Source of the DNA: a virus | Strand: one strand, 5' to 3' | IMG/VR virus record: IMGVR_UViG_3300043444_000523 | Location: 32,001 to 96,000 of that record | DNA: 64,000 bases | Shown: positions 45,998 to 56,054 of the stretch, piece by piece | How the letters are laid out: each line of letters starts with the position of its first letter | Numbering within the stretch: position 1 is the first letter of the stretch | Position numbers and translations under genes: made by a program | Notes under the pieces: model-generated | Seen by the model: the letters and a program-made list of their open reading frames with translations, nothing else | What the model was told of the DNA's origin: nothing | Databases searched by the model: none

Positions 45998-46585
45998 ATG
46001 GAATGCAGCATTTGCAAAGAGCGAGAACTGAAAGCTGCCGATGAAAAGGCATCCGGCGTTTGCGGGTTTTGCTCAAGGGAGCAGAAATTCAAGGAGTTTG
46101 CGTTGTCTTGTGGGCTAACGCGGTTCCCTGATACACGCGGCGAGCGATATGTCTATTACACGAGCGGCAGGATCGCAGGCAAAAAGAGCGAAGAAGTCAG
46201 TTTGATCGATGAACTTTGGAACGCTCTGGTGCGATCAAAGGGTGCTTCTAAGGAATTGATGGTTCCAGTCAAGCGAATGAAGGCGTACTACGTGCGATAT
46301 GGTGAATTCGTGGAGTGCGAGGTTACGTCAATTGCAGCCCCAGGTCGGTGGGGAAGAGGACGAGATTTCTGGGCTGTTGTGAACGGCAATCGAGAAAAGG
46401 TCCATGATTACGATTTGAAAGAATTCACCGACAAGAACACGGAGAAGGCCAACAAAATCAAAGCTCTTGAAAAAGAGTCGGAGAAAATCAGCAATGAAAT
46501 CGACAAACTAAAAGAGGCCATGACCCCATTCGTCATTCCCAAAGATGTGGAGCGACGCCGACATACCTCCAAGAAGCCCGGCTGA
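45998..46585 (+). CDS. Hypothetical protein, first gene of the rightward block
   Basis: GGAG RBS; TAGACG-N16-TATGCT promoter-like sequence near 45906. Confidence 0.6.
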   Translation: MECSICKERELKAADEKASGVCGFCSREQKFKEFALSCGLTRFPDTRGERYVYYTSGRIAGKKSEEVSLIDELWNALVRSKGASKELMVPVKRMKAYYVRYGEFVECEVTSIAAPGRWGRGRDFWAVVNGNREKVHDYDLKEFTDKNTEKANKIKALEKESEKISNEIDKLKEAMTPFVIPKDVERRRHTSKKPG

Positions 46586-46642
46586 CGCTGACCGGGATTA
46601 GAAACCAGCGCACCGCAGCCGCGTGCGGATAGACGCGGCCTT

Positions 46643-46717
46643 GGGATCGGGCGGGCACGGTGACACGCGAAAGCATCTGCAGTGCTTTACAACCCGGTTC
46701 GACTCCGGGCGATCCAT
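46643..46717 (+). tRNA. Degenerate tRNA-like element (Cys- or Ala-like loop)
   Basis: T-arm CCCGG-TTCGACT-CCGGG, acceptor GGATCG/CGATCC, stem AAAGCA/TGCTTT with loop TCTGCAG. Confidence 0.45.
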
Positions 46718-46753
46718 CTTCCGGCTCACTACTGGACTACAGGAGACAACACT

Positions 46754-47161
46754 ATGACGATTTCAAGAGACCAATGGGAATGGTTCGGAGTGAGTGGCCA
46801 CCATATATGCGGACAATGGTGCAGATTTCATCTTTGTACGTTGGTCGTCAAGTATTTGGTTTCTTCTGTTGGCGAATACGTACATCCTCGCCACAGCAAA
46901 GGGAACGAAAGAAAAGAATCTGAATGGTTGAAAGAAAACTGGCCCGGTGAAGATATTGGATGTGACCGAAAATATGAAACGATGGTCTTCATCGCTGGGC
47001 CACGATGCGTCAGTAAAGAATGTATGTGCGGAATGCCTTCACTGGAAAGCCCGGTTATCGAGATTGATTCAGTTGGCTGCAATACGCGCGGCCAAGCATC
47101 TAAAAACCATTTGAGCATGTGCGAAAAATGGTCAAAACAAAACAACGCTCCGACACAATGA
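46754..47161 (+). CDS. Hypothetical phage protein (YETMVF motif)
   Basis: AGGAG RBS. Confidence 0.6.
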   Translation: MTISRDQWEWFGVSGHHICGQWCRFHLCTLVVKYLVSSVGEYVHPRHSKGNERKESEWLKENWPGEDIGCDRKYETMVFIAGPRCVSKECMCGMPSLESPVIEIDSVGCNTRGQASKNHLSMCEKWSKQNNAPTQ

Positions 47162-47406
47162 TCAAACTTGAGAATCGTCTAGCCAGTAGCTTTGCGTGCA
47201 GGAGATAACGCCATGACATTCGATGAGTGGTTTTGGAGAACACCAGCATATACCGCACGTGATTACGAGCCTTGCAAAGCCGCATGGCTCGCATCACGGG
47301 AGCAACTTGTCGGCACTGTGTCGCCGACCGGACTAACGCTTGACGGGCATGAGATTGTGCGGCTAACGCCGGTCCAACCGGACGTGTACCAGATGGAGAA
47401 ACCGAG

Positions 47407-47685
47407 ATGAGTGATGAGTACCGCGTGACAATCTCCACAAAAGACGGCAGCGAGTCAACGACACGAAGCGGCGAGTCTGTCGGAGATGCGTTTGCGAGCG
47501 CTATGATAGACGCTAAAATTTCGCGCGTGTTTTACGAGCTTGCAATGGCAATCAACAGCGTTACACGTTGGACTACTGATTGTGATTACGTCTTCCCGCC
47601 GCATGAAGCAAAACTGGTAGACGCGGCACACAGTTTGATTCACGAATACAACAAACTTGAAACTGGCAAGGGGGAACCGAGATGA
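47407..47685 (+). CDS. Hypothetical protein
   Basis: Coupled ATGA overlaps. Confidence 0.55.
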   Translation: MSDEYRVTISTKDGSESTTRSGESVGDAFASAMIDAKISRVFYELAMAINSVTRWTTDCDYVFPPHEAKLVDAAHSLIHEYNKLETGKGEPR

Positions 47686-48041
47686 ACTTTGGACGATATA
47701 CAGCATCGGCAGTAGACATGCTCGACTTCTTTGAGCGACAGCAAGAGTGGTCCTACGAGACCTTCGGGCCTCCAAGTGTTCGCGGACCCATCGGGCCACT
47801 GAAGCACCTTGAGAAAGAGGCCAGAGAAGCATACACCGAAGAAGACCCAGAGAAACGCAAGGAAGAGATAGCCGACTGTCTCTTCCTTGTCTTCGACGCG
47901 GCCCATCGGGCAGGCATGAGCTACGCCGAGCTCTCCATGGTAGCGATGGCCAAGCTGAAGAAGAACAAGGCCAGGACGTGGCCAGACTGGCGTAACGCTG
48001 ACCCAAACTCGGCAGTAGAACACGAAAGGGGCAAAGAATGA
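47682..48041 (+). CDS. MazG-like dATP/dGTP pyrophosphohydrolase (DUF550-like)
   Basis: WS.ETFG...GPIGPLKHL.KEA.E...EE.AD...L.FDA..RAG...KL..NKAR.WPDW. Confidence 0.85.
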   Translation: MNFGRYTASAVDMLDFFERQQEWSYETFGPPSVRGPIGPLKHLEKEAREAYTEEDPEKRKEEIADCLFLVFDAAHRAGMSYAELSMVAMAKLKKNKARTWPDWRNADPNSAVEHERGKE

Positions 48042-48358
48042 ACACGGCAAAGAAGCCTTGGCCATCGGATGCGGTCATGATCGTGTGTGCCATTCCTGAA
48101 AAGGCAAATAAGGCCGCTATGGATTCGGTAAACCAAGGAACATGCAGAGAATGCCTGTGTGATGTCCTGTACGATGGCTTCTCTTTCGATAGGGCGTCAA
48201 GGATCGCCGACTTGCATAATCGGCCAGTGCGGTTCTTCTGCGAAGAGTGCCACAAGAAATTCGATATCATGCAATGCGACCTTGTGGAAGATCACACTAG
48301 GCACAAAGACGGAATTGTTCTACAGTCAGGAAACTTTGTAAAGGAAGGCAAAGAATGA
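48038..48358 (+). CDS. Hypothetical protein with CxxC pairs
   Basis: Coupled overlaps. Confidence 0.55.
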   Translation: MNTAKKPWPSDAVMIVCAIPEKANKAAMDSVNQGTCRECLCDVLYDGFSFDRASRIADLHNRPVRFFCEECHKKFDIMQCDLVEDHTRHKDGIVLQSGNFVKEGKE

Positions 48359-48951
48359 ACATCAACGAGGCCTATCAGAAAGTCATGGACGCTGTGCTTG
48401 AACTAAAGAACATGGGCGTCGAAGTCGCCATCCGGCCATCGCGGAGCAAAAGCAATGCGTCAGAGAAGTATGTCGGCGAAGAGTTCCTCTCCGTGGACAA
48501 GTGGGTCCATGTCGAGTTCCGGCCAAAGAACCAGACCGAGTACGCCTTCGTGTCGGACTACAAGAAGCATCTCAACTGGGCTGGAATCACGTTCGACTCA
48601 GGCGGCATGGGCAATTGCCGTGACTGGGAAATCGACTGGTCGCTTAGGGCCAATGACGGACCGGACGGAGAGGCGCAAGATCGGCAAGAAGCAGTCGAAG
48701 AGATCATGAGGCAAGCGTCTGCCGTCAGCTGCGAGTCGACCATAGGCGAAGACCCAGGATCAAAAATCATCAGATCGGCTTTTGAGGTTCTCAAGTCGGC
48801 CATGTCTGAATACCCAGACTACGCCAGGGGATGGCACGATAACATCGCCGTCTGCGCACAAGACGCCGGACTCGAATACAATGCCTCTCAGAAAGCAGCG
48901 GCGGCATTTATGAAGCTCTGCTTCGGTGTTGACACGGCCAAGAAGTCCTAG
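48355..48951 (+). CDS. Hypothetical phage protein
   Basis: Coupled overlaps; YARGWHDNIA motif. Confidence 0.6.
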   Translation: MNINEAYQKVMDAVLELKNMGVEVAIRPSRSKSNASEKYVGEEFLSVDKWVHVEFRPKNQTEYAFVSDYKKHLNWAGITFDSGGMGNCRDWEIDWSLRANDGPDGEAQDRQEAVEEIMRQASAVSCESTIGEDPGSKIIRSAFEVLKSAMSEYPDYARGWHDNIAVCAQDAGLEYNASQKAAAAFMKLCFGVDTAKKS

Positions 48952-49171
48952 TCCATACAATGAGGATCATTGTGAAAACCGAAATTCTGATCCAGGAAGA
49001 ACTCACGACACTGCTGGCCAATACACTATACGAAGCACTCGGCCCAACGTGCGAATGCCAGTCTCGAAACGGCCAAACATCGGCCTCATTCGATTGCCTC
49101 AACTACGAACAAAAACAAGCGGCCATCGAATACCTCGGCCGACTCGGCATCACCGCAAAGGAGAAGAAGTA

Positions 49172-49387
49172 GTGCCCAGCAAAGACTCGTTCGCCAAACG
49201 GCTCCGCAAAGCCATCAAACAACGCGGCATCAGCCAACGTAAACTCGCGCGAGACTCCGGCCTCGGCCACGCCGACGTGAACCAGTACGCCCAAGGCAAA
49301 AAACTACCGTCCGTCCCTTCGCTCTTGCGGCTGGCCAAAACCCTAGAACTACTCCCAGGCGATCTTCTGAATGGTCTTGTGGCGTGA
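49172..49387 (+). CDS. XRE/Cro-like HTH regulator
   Basis: FAKRLRKA...GISQRKLA..SGL...V.QY..GK.LPS...L.RLA. Confidence 0.85.
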   Translation: MPSKDSFAKRLRKAIKQRGISQRKLARDSGLGHADVNQYAQGKKLPSVPSLLRLAKTLELLPGDLLNGLVA

Positions 49388-49875
49388 AAATGGCTACCCC
49401 TGGGCTACCCCACCTACTCCCCTGGGCTGAAAACACCCCCGTTTTCGACCCCCTGCCACCCCACCCCATGCACCACCCACCCGGCAAAGTGAACAAATGA
49501 ACACTGTTTGCGGCCCGGATTGTGTACATTAGTCCACTGAAGCGGAATTCCGCGCAAGATCGTACATAGTGTGCAATAACACTACAGTGCATTAAGACAA
49601 TGATCAAATAGACACAGATTAGAGCATATTCCCTAAGTCTTTACTATCATTAGACTTGTGACGATTCTTGCGGCATTCTGCGAGATTATTTAGGCGTTTG
49701 GCATAGTCATTGCTTTAGTTTCTCTTGCCGCGGCGCATCTCGCAAGAGACAAGCGCCGCGGCAGTGCTGCGGGATTCCCGAGCGCTTTCGCGCGCTTGTC
49801 ATTGTTGGCAAGCGCCATACGCTGCGCGGCGCGCAGCAGCGTATGCGTTTTTCTGCGCGCCATGGGAGTTATGTA

Positions 49876-50238
49876 ATGAAACGTACAATTCGACACCGTG
49901 TTACGGGCAAGGCGTACGTCGTTGAAATGCCGCGCGGCTTTGCACGTTCCATGTCGGCTACGCTGGACCACATCGAAAAAACGGAACATGTTCAGTACTC
50001 GCAAGCCGGTTTCAACGTCGAGGGCGTTGACGGTATCATGACGAGCGCAGAAGTGAAAGCAGGCGGATTTACGCCGATTGCCGACGTGCCGGACAAGGAT
50101 ACCATTTCGGGAAAGACGGCCGCCGCCGAATTGCGGCAACTTCTCAACTTGACGGCCGCGCCGACGAAAGCGCCGCGCAAGCATCGCGGCACGCAAGCGC
50201 CGACGGAAACGGCCGCGATCGAAACGGCCGAAGCGTAG
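49876..50238 (+). CDS. Hypothetical early protein
   Basis: GGAG RBS, followed by a terminator. Confidence 0.6.
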   Translation: MKRTIRHRVTGKAYVVEMPRGFARSMSATLDHIEKTEHVQYSQAGFNVEGVDGIMTSAEVKAGGFTPIADVPDKDTISGKTAAAELRQLLNLTAAPTKAPRKHRGTQAPTETAAIETAEA

Positions 50239-50253
50239 TCGATTCTCCAGCAG

Positions 50254-50285
50254 GCCGCGCGGACTGTCCGCGCGGCTTTTCTTTT
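50254..50285 (+). terminator. Intrinsic terminator
   Basis: GCCGCGCGGA/TCCGCGCGGC hairpin then TTTTCTTTT. Confidence 0.7.
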
Positions 50286-50299
50286 CTTCGGAATTCACC

Positions 50300-50737
50300 A
50301 TGAAACGGTACATTCGACCTCAAGGTCGCAAGCGCGTTATCGCCATTGTGGGCAGAATCACGGACCGCGCCGACGGCAAGTTTATCGGTAGTTCACCGAT
50401 AGAAGAGATGCAATCGGCCGTCGCGGGGCAATTCCTAGTTGCCGAACTAGACGGCATGGGCGACACTAAACCGGAAAGACAGCTGCGCAAAATCAACGGC
50501 TTGCGCGTTTACTCGTTCACGCGCTTTGACGGACGTACATACGTTACTGTGCGCGCGGAAACTGAGATCGCGTACCGATCATTGCACGCGCTGACCTATG
50601 TACTCGCATTGCGAGCTGTTCAGCGCGGCAGTATCCCGCGTATGGCAGCTGGCGCTTGCAATGCTGAAAGTGCCGAACGTGCCGCGCGTAGAATCCGCCA
50701 GTATGCGGCCGCGCGGCACGTAAGTAAAAAATTGTAA
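50300..50737 (+). CDS. Hypothetical early protein
   Basis: ORF between two terminators. Confidence 0.5.
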   Translation: MKRYIRPQGRKRVIAIVGRITDRADGKFIGSSPIEEMQSAVAGQFLVAELDGMGDTKPERQLRKINGLRVYSFTRFDGRTYVTVRAETEIAYRSLHALTYVLALRAVQRGSIPRMAAGACNAESAERAARRIRQYAAARHVSKKL

Positions 50738-50751
50738 TCGACCATGATGCC

Positions 50752-50790
50752 AAAACGCACGCTGGAATCAATTCCAGCGTGCGTTTTTTT
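50752..50790 (+). terminator. Intrinsic terminator
   Basis: ACGCACGCTGGAA-TCAA-TTCCAGCGTGCGT then T run. Confidence 0.75.
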
Positions 50791-50819
50791 GTGCGCGTCG
50801 CCTGACAAATCATAGTCTT

Positions 50820-51419
50820 TTGGGAGTAGTTCTTGTGATTATCATGTTCTGGGCTATCTCCAACGGCAAGGGGGAGATCGTCGGCGCTTTCCCGTTCAAA
50901 GGCGGAAAGCGCAAAGCGCATGCATATGCGCGCCAATTGACAAAGGCGGGGAATCCGCATTTCGTGGCACTTGAGAAAAGCCGCGATGGGCTAGTGCCGC
51001 GCCCACCATCACCACTTCCCGAAAGCAAGTGGTTCTGCTCGTCCAAGCGTCAACGCAAGCCTCGTCTCACTATGTCCGACGAGGACACGCTGCGCGCCGT
51101 TGCGACAATGCAGCATGAACACGGGCCGGACTCCCTACCCGTGTCAAAGTTCTACAAAGAGCTTCGGAAGAAGGATGCCGACATTCCTACTTTATATTGT
51201 GGGACAACCGGCGAGCCGCCGCCGATCCGGCCGCGCAATCCCAAGCGCGGCCGCAAGGGCGCGCCTACCGCTCCGTCCGTCAGGCCGGACTGGGCAGCGG
51301 CGAAGCTCGACTTCGGGCCGATAGGCCGAATTGAAGTACGGGAAGTAGTTGTAGGTCATGCTATCGGCATGACCGCCAATGGCGTCGATGTTTGGGACGC
51401 TTCGGGGGATCGGATATGA
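50820..51419 (+). CDS. Hypothetical protein
   Basis: ORF; start uncertain. Confidence 0.45.
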   Translation: MGVVLVIIMFWAISNGKGEIVGAFPFKGGKRKAHAYARQLTKAGNPHFVALEKSRDGLVPRPPSPLPESKWFCSSKRQRKPRLTMSDEDTLRAVATMQHEHGPDSLPVSKFYKELRKKDADIPTLYCGTTGEPPPIRPRNPKRGRKGAPTAPSVRPDWAAAKLDFGPIGRIEVREVVVGHAIGMTANGVDVWDASGDRI

Positions 51420-52393
51420 AACGACTCGAAGCCGAATTCAAACGTCGTATGGGGTGGACCACTTTGCGCGGCCAGACGCGCAAGTTTGTCCTTGAGGATA
51501 TTGAGACTCTTGGCCTTGATGGCGCAGTGCGCTCATGGCGCAACGAGGGGCTCAAGATGCCCTACGGCATCCAGAAGTTGATTGACTCAACGATCCATCT
51601 TACCAGCACTGGGCCGTTGGGTATTCAGGGAGTAGGCTGGTAATTGGCCGATCTTTTCTTAATGGAGTACGTCCATGCGCAAATTCCATGCCGTCATTCG
51701 ACGGCACAAGAAGGGTTTCATGTGGCTGGTTGTATCGTCTTGTGGCCGCTACTTGCGCGGCTACTGCGCCTCTGCTGCCATTGGGCAGCGGCGAGTTGAG
51801 GCGTCTATTGCCTGCTTCAGCGAGTGCCCGTGCTGCGCTAAGTCTTAGCATTTGCGCCACTACTGCGCCGATGTTCGGCCTAGTAGCGGCGCGTTCATTC
51901 CGGGAGTATGATATGTTCGAGTTGCCGCGTGTTGTCCGCTTGCGCCGTGCACAATCTGGAGTACGGGCACGACCTTTGCCGTGCAATCGGCCTCTGTTGA
52001 GGCCGAATCAGAAGCCTAACAAGGTCTTCGTGGCCTTGTTCTCGAAATAGGCGCGAGTTGCGCCTATTATTGCGGTGTACTTGTATATCTCAGGTTTCCT
52101 GCCGACATGGCGGCAGGGAGAAATAGAACCAGGAGATTCGCCAGCCAATTGCGTCCACTGAGAGACGCCCAACCGATATGGCGATTAACCCAAGGGTGCG
52201 TATGAAGAAGTTCTACCTCTTTTCCATTTACTAGACGACGAAGATCGACGACGGTAAGGCCGGGGGTCGAAAGACTCCCGGCACGTTGGGGATACCGCAG
52301 GGCGGGCTTGTGGTTTGCAACCACGATGGCAGGATTCGAGTCCCTGTGTCTCCACTACATCTCTGCCAATCCACTTACCTTCAAGGGGACGTA

Positions 52394-52639
52394 ATGGAAA
52401 CTTTCTTTCGTTTCTACTGGGATCAGTGTACTACCTGGAAGGCGGAAGTAGACCGCCTTGCCGATCAGGTTGTGAACCGCCTTGGACTTGTCGCCAAGGC
52501 GGTTCTGAATACCCAAGACCGACGATCTATTGCGCGCATGATGATGCGATGCGCGTCTGGCCGAGTTGATGGCGTTTTTGGGTCCGTGTCGTGGGAGCAC
52601 GACAAGAAAACTAAAGACCTTGTGTACCGTGTGTCGTAG
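52394..52639 (+). CDS. Hypothetical protein
   Basis: AAGGGG RBS. Confidence 0.5.
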   Translation: METFFRFYWDQCTTWKAEVDRLADQVVNRLGLVAKAVLNTQDRRSIARMMMRCASGRVDGVFGSVSWEHDKKTKDLVYRVS

Positions 52640-53164
52640 GGGGCGTCATGTTAAGTCGCGCAATGGAGACGATCCAGTCGGATGCAATGCGGCTTGTGAA
52701 CATCCGCATTACATCCGCGATTGAGGTCTGTGACTGGGTGGTAGTTCACAGGCTGACAGAGCAATTGCTGGAACTTGCGGTGCGCGGAATGCACCGTAAT
52801 TCCATAGATAACGTCATGCCGTCGCTCAAGACGACGCAGCGTGAATCTGAAAGCCGATAACGTGATTCCCCACGTAGCGGGAGGACGGCTAGGGCCAACA
52901 ATACGTTGGCGCGCTCAACGTCATACCAGTAGTGCGACGGCACTACTAGCGTTCCGGCCCGCATGGTGAGCGGGAGAGGGAGATGGGAAATGAACAACAT
53001 CGCGTCCGTCACCGACCGTGACGGACGTATTAAGGTGGTGCTCCAGGCCGCGCCGCCGGAATTGGTGACGCAGTTCATGGCCGGGGAGATTGTGCCCGGA
53101 CTCGTGGATATGTACGGCGATCCGGCAAGAGGGTTTGCCGGTGGGTACGTGGCGTAGTTCGTTT

Positions 53165-53369
53165 GTGGGTCGCTTGCCCGCTGGGGGTGGGCGAAAGCCT
53201 GCTGGGAGATGACAGACGTGCCAACGTCTTGATACCGGCGATGACTGGAGGATGGTAGCGCAAACGGGGGAGCGTGGCTGCTCCATGTGATGCCTAGCGA
53301 TGGCTAGGCTCGCTGTTCCCGTCCGCAAGAGTACTCCGGTCTGCGAGGTTCGAGTCCTCGGCGACCCAC
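53165..53369 (+). ncRNA. About 205-nt structured RNA with tRNA-like acceptor and T arms
   Basis: GTGGGTCGC/GCGACCCAC closing stem, T-arm CGAGG-TTCGAGT-CCTCG, several nested stems, intergenic. Confidence 0.65.
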
Positions 53370-53456
53370 TTTATTCCAACCAAGCCGCCGTCACCGTGAC
53401 GGCTCTTTTGCTTGGCGGCAACGTGAGGCATTCTTGAGAGGGGAGGCGAAACCGAT

Positions 53457-53864
53457 ATGACTAACATTGTCCCGATCTACTACTACGGCACTTGGTTCAT
53501 TCCAAGCATCTACAACACCCATGATTGGATGGGGTCGTTGTTCATTGAGGATGGGCATTGGGTATTTGAGCACCGAGTCAGACTCTATGCCGACTCAAAA
53601 GCGTTCGGCAGTGAAGACGAAAAGACGTGGTACAAGATGAAGGCAAAGGACGACTCAATTGAAGTCAGAGACCGCCTTCTGGAGAACATGAACAAGAACA
53701 TTCTCCCCAAGCTGGAGAAGGAGTTTGGCTGCAAGCATGATTTCGTTCTTTTCGAATGCAAGAACGACGATCCGAAATTCCTGTTTGAACTCGGATCGAG
53801 ACCGTGGGCGCATATCAAGACACTTTCGCCTGAAGAGGCAAAAGCACAAGGGCTAATCGAATGA
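53457..53864 (+). CDS. Hypothetical protein
   Basis: GGAGG RBS. Confidence 0.6.
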   Translation: MTNIVPIYYYGTWFIPSIYNTHDWMGSLFIEDGHWVFEHRVRLYADSKAFGSEDEKTWYKMKAKDDSIEVRDRLLENMNKNILPKLEKEFGCKHDFVLFECKNDDPKFLFELGSRPWAHIKTLSPEEAKAQGLIE

Positions 53865-54675
53865 CCCAGACCTACGCAGAGATTTGGTCTACCATCAAGA
53901 ACAGCCGATGGGCTTGGCTGTACTCTGGACTTGATGTTCGATCCGACCGTGAAAGCTCCGGCGAGGAGCTGTACAAGTGCCTTTCCAGCCGTGGCCTTGT
54001 GTCCGACTGGCGCGAACTTTCCGAAGTGCCAGTAGGCGGCGAACTGGCCATCGGCATGACAACTTATCGCCGCATTTCTTAGGGACAATCATGAAACGGA
54101 AGTACGGCGTTTGCTGGTGTTGTTCGACACCGGCCAAGGTGAGGCTGCGCAAAATGTGGGTGAGCGGGCTTGTTCGCCAGCTTTGTAAGCTGTGCGCAAT
54201 CGCTTTGCCCAAGGAGAAGTAGTCATGGCAACGGCAAAAGAGATTGCCGCTGTGTACGCAAGGAACAATCCTGAGTCCAGATTCGCTGTGTCCAAGTGCG
54301 GCAGCGCAGTCGGCCTCTGGATTGAGAGTCGTCAAGCTTTCGTCGAGATTGTCGTCAAGACTATCTCGCCCAAGTGCCCTTGGGTAACTTTGTTATCCGA
54401 GGATGGAAGTATGATCCAAACTACGTTGGCCAACGGGAAGCCATTGTATCCACCGGAAGAATGGGAGTCAGTATGACAAAGCCAGTTTATATGTATGCGC
54501 CAGTCCGAATGACGTGTGACTCAGGCAAGGAATGGATCGACTCTGGTGATATGGCAACCAGCCGAGAGAAGGTTGCGGAGAAAATCGCCAAGATTAGCTC
54601 CGCAATCCGTTCGTGGGATGATGCCAACCCTGTTGTTCGGGTCGTTCTTGTCAGAATCGAAGAAGTGGAGGGGAA

Positions 54676-54960
54676 GTGAACAATCCAGTCATTGAACGCT
54701 TGCGAGAGGCCAGGAGAACCCTGGAACTTCGCATCAAACAAAAAGCCGTTGCCGTGTACGCGACGTTCGACCAGAGCGAACGAACCATCATGCGTATCGG
54801 CATGTTCCCCGCGCAGAAGATGCAGCAGGCGCAGCAAGAACTCATTGCCGAACTGACGCTGTGCGACGGAGAGCCGCCAGATTCTTCCGAAGTGTCCCGA
54901 ATGTTGGCAGTCGGCATCATGGATGCCGCCAATGCCGGGGCTGACAAACTCGTTGTGTAG
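54676..54960 (+). CDS. Hypothetical protein
   Basis: GGAGG RBS, coupled. Confidence 0.55.
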   Translation: MNNPVIERLREARRTLELRIKQKAVAVYATFDQSERTIMRIGMFPAQKMQQAQQELIAELTLCDGEPPDSSEVSRMLAVGIMDAANAGADKLVV

Positions 54961-54967
54961 GAGAACC

Positions 54968-55537
54968 ATGAGCACGCTACTTCCGCCGCCTGGATTTATC
55001 GAGGCCCATGTTTGGGAACCAGAGTACAAGGACGGCATTAAGACCGGCTACTCAAAGCTGGTCCGCATGAAGACCTTGAAAGAGGTCTTCAAGGAACTGT
55101 ACGCCGAACTTGATGTTCTGATTTGCGACAAGTGCGGCCATGAGCGTAAACGACGCAAAACCTACGCCAAGCCGGATTACGGCGGCGACAAGTGCAAAGA
55201 GTGCGAAGGGGAATATGAGTCGTTACTTGACGAGTATTTCCACGGGCCGGACTCTGAGTTTGCTACTGTGCCCAAGAACTATCGATGGGTGGCTTGCTAC
55301 GCCGTAACAGGCGGAAATGAGGGCCACTACATCCACGTTGAATATCTGGCCGAGGTCAAGAAGATCAAGATTCCCGACCCGAACGACCAGACCGGATTTG
55401 GGAAGGCCAAAGAAGTCTATCCGTGCAACGGGCAAAGCCTGTTGCATGTTGTTCGTCTTGCGATTGGCAAGACATTCAGAGGCATGGAACACGCGCAAGC
55501 CATTGCCAACCGTTGTGCGCGACTTCTAGGAGCATGA
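54968..55537 (+). CDS. Hypothetical protein with Zn-ribbon insertion
   Basis: AGGAG RBS; CDKC...CKEC. Confidence 0.6.
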   Translation: MSTLLPPPGFIEAHVWEPEYKDGIKTGYSKLVRMKTLKEVFKELYAELDVLICDKCGHERKRRKTYAKPDYGGDKCKECEGEYESLLDEYFHGPDSEFATVPKNYRWVACYAVTGGNEGHYIHVEYLAEVKKIKIPDPNDQTGFGKAKEVYPCNGQSLLHVVRLAIGKTFRGMEHAQAIANRCARLLGA

Positions 55538-55538
55538 C

Positions 55539-56054
55539 ATGAGCCTTGATGTGTCTTTACGTCGAAAACGACCAGACAAAACCGAAGCCGCACAAGCGGC
55601 AAAGGTTCTGAGAGACAACGGCTTTGATTTATTTGCACAAGAAATCGAAGCACGTCACGATACTTCAGAATACGACGGTCTCTACGATTCCAACATCACC
55701 CACAACCTTATGAAGATGGCACGCGAGGCTGGCATTTATCTGGCGTGCTGGAGTCCGGGAGAAATGCTTGCGCCTGACATCGCCAAGAAAATGCAGGAGC
55801 AGGCAGATGTGGGGAATTACCACGGCCCAGGCGGAGAACTTGAGCTTGAGAAAACACTTCCAGTTGCTCATGCTCGTGACCTTATCGGCCCTCTACGCGC
55901 AGGGCTGGAGTTGCTGAGGTCTGATCCTGAGAGATTCAAGAAATTCAACGCGCCAAATGGCTGGGGGCTGTACGAGCACTTCGTCCCTTGGGTTGCTGAG
56001 TATCTCGCAGCGTGTGAAGAAAACCCGGATGCCGAAGTTCACGTGTGTCGATGA
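55539..56054 (+). CDS. Conserved phage hypothetical (MSLDV...NITHNL..MA...NGWG.Y type)
   Basis: Recognisable common phage motif. Confidence 0.7.
   Translation: MSLDVSLRRKRPDKTEAAQAAKVLRDNGFDLFAQEIEARHDTSEYDGLYDSNITHNLMKMAREAGIYLACWSPGEMLAPDIAKKMQEQADVGNYHGPGGELELEKTLPVAHARDLIGPLRAGLELLRSDPERFKKFNAPNGWGLYEHFVPWVAEYLAACEENPDAEVHVCR

Larger units (their letters stand above)
8942..52068. repeat. Dispersed 23-bp palindrome AATMGGCGCRA-N-TYGCGCCKATT
   Basis: Copies start at 8942, 15902, 17061, 20764, 27723, 31152, 34271, 44664, 44796 and 52046; degenerate copy at 44636. Confidence 0.92.

Noticed and set aside
8942-52068. Palindromes as CRISPR repeats or terminators
   Set aside because: Dispersed rather than regularly spaced, 1-nt centre, no consistent U tract, no cas genes
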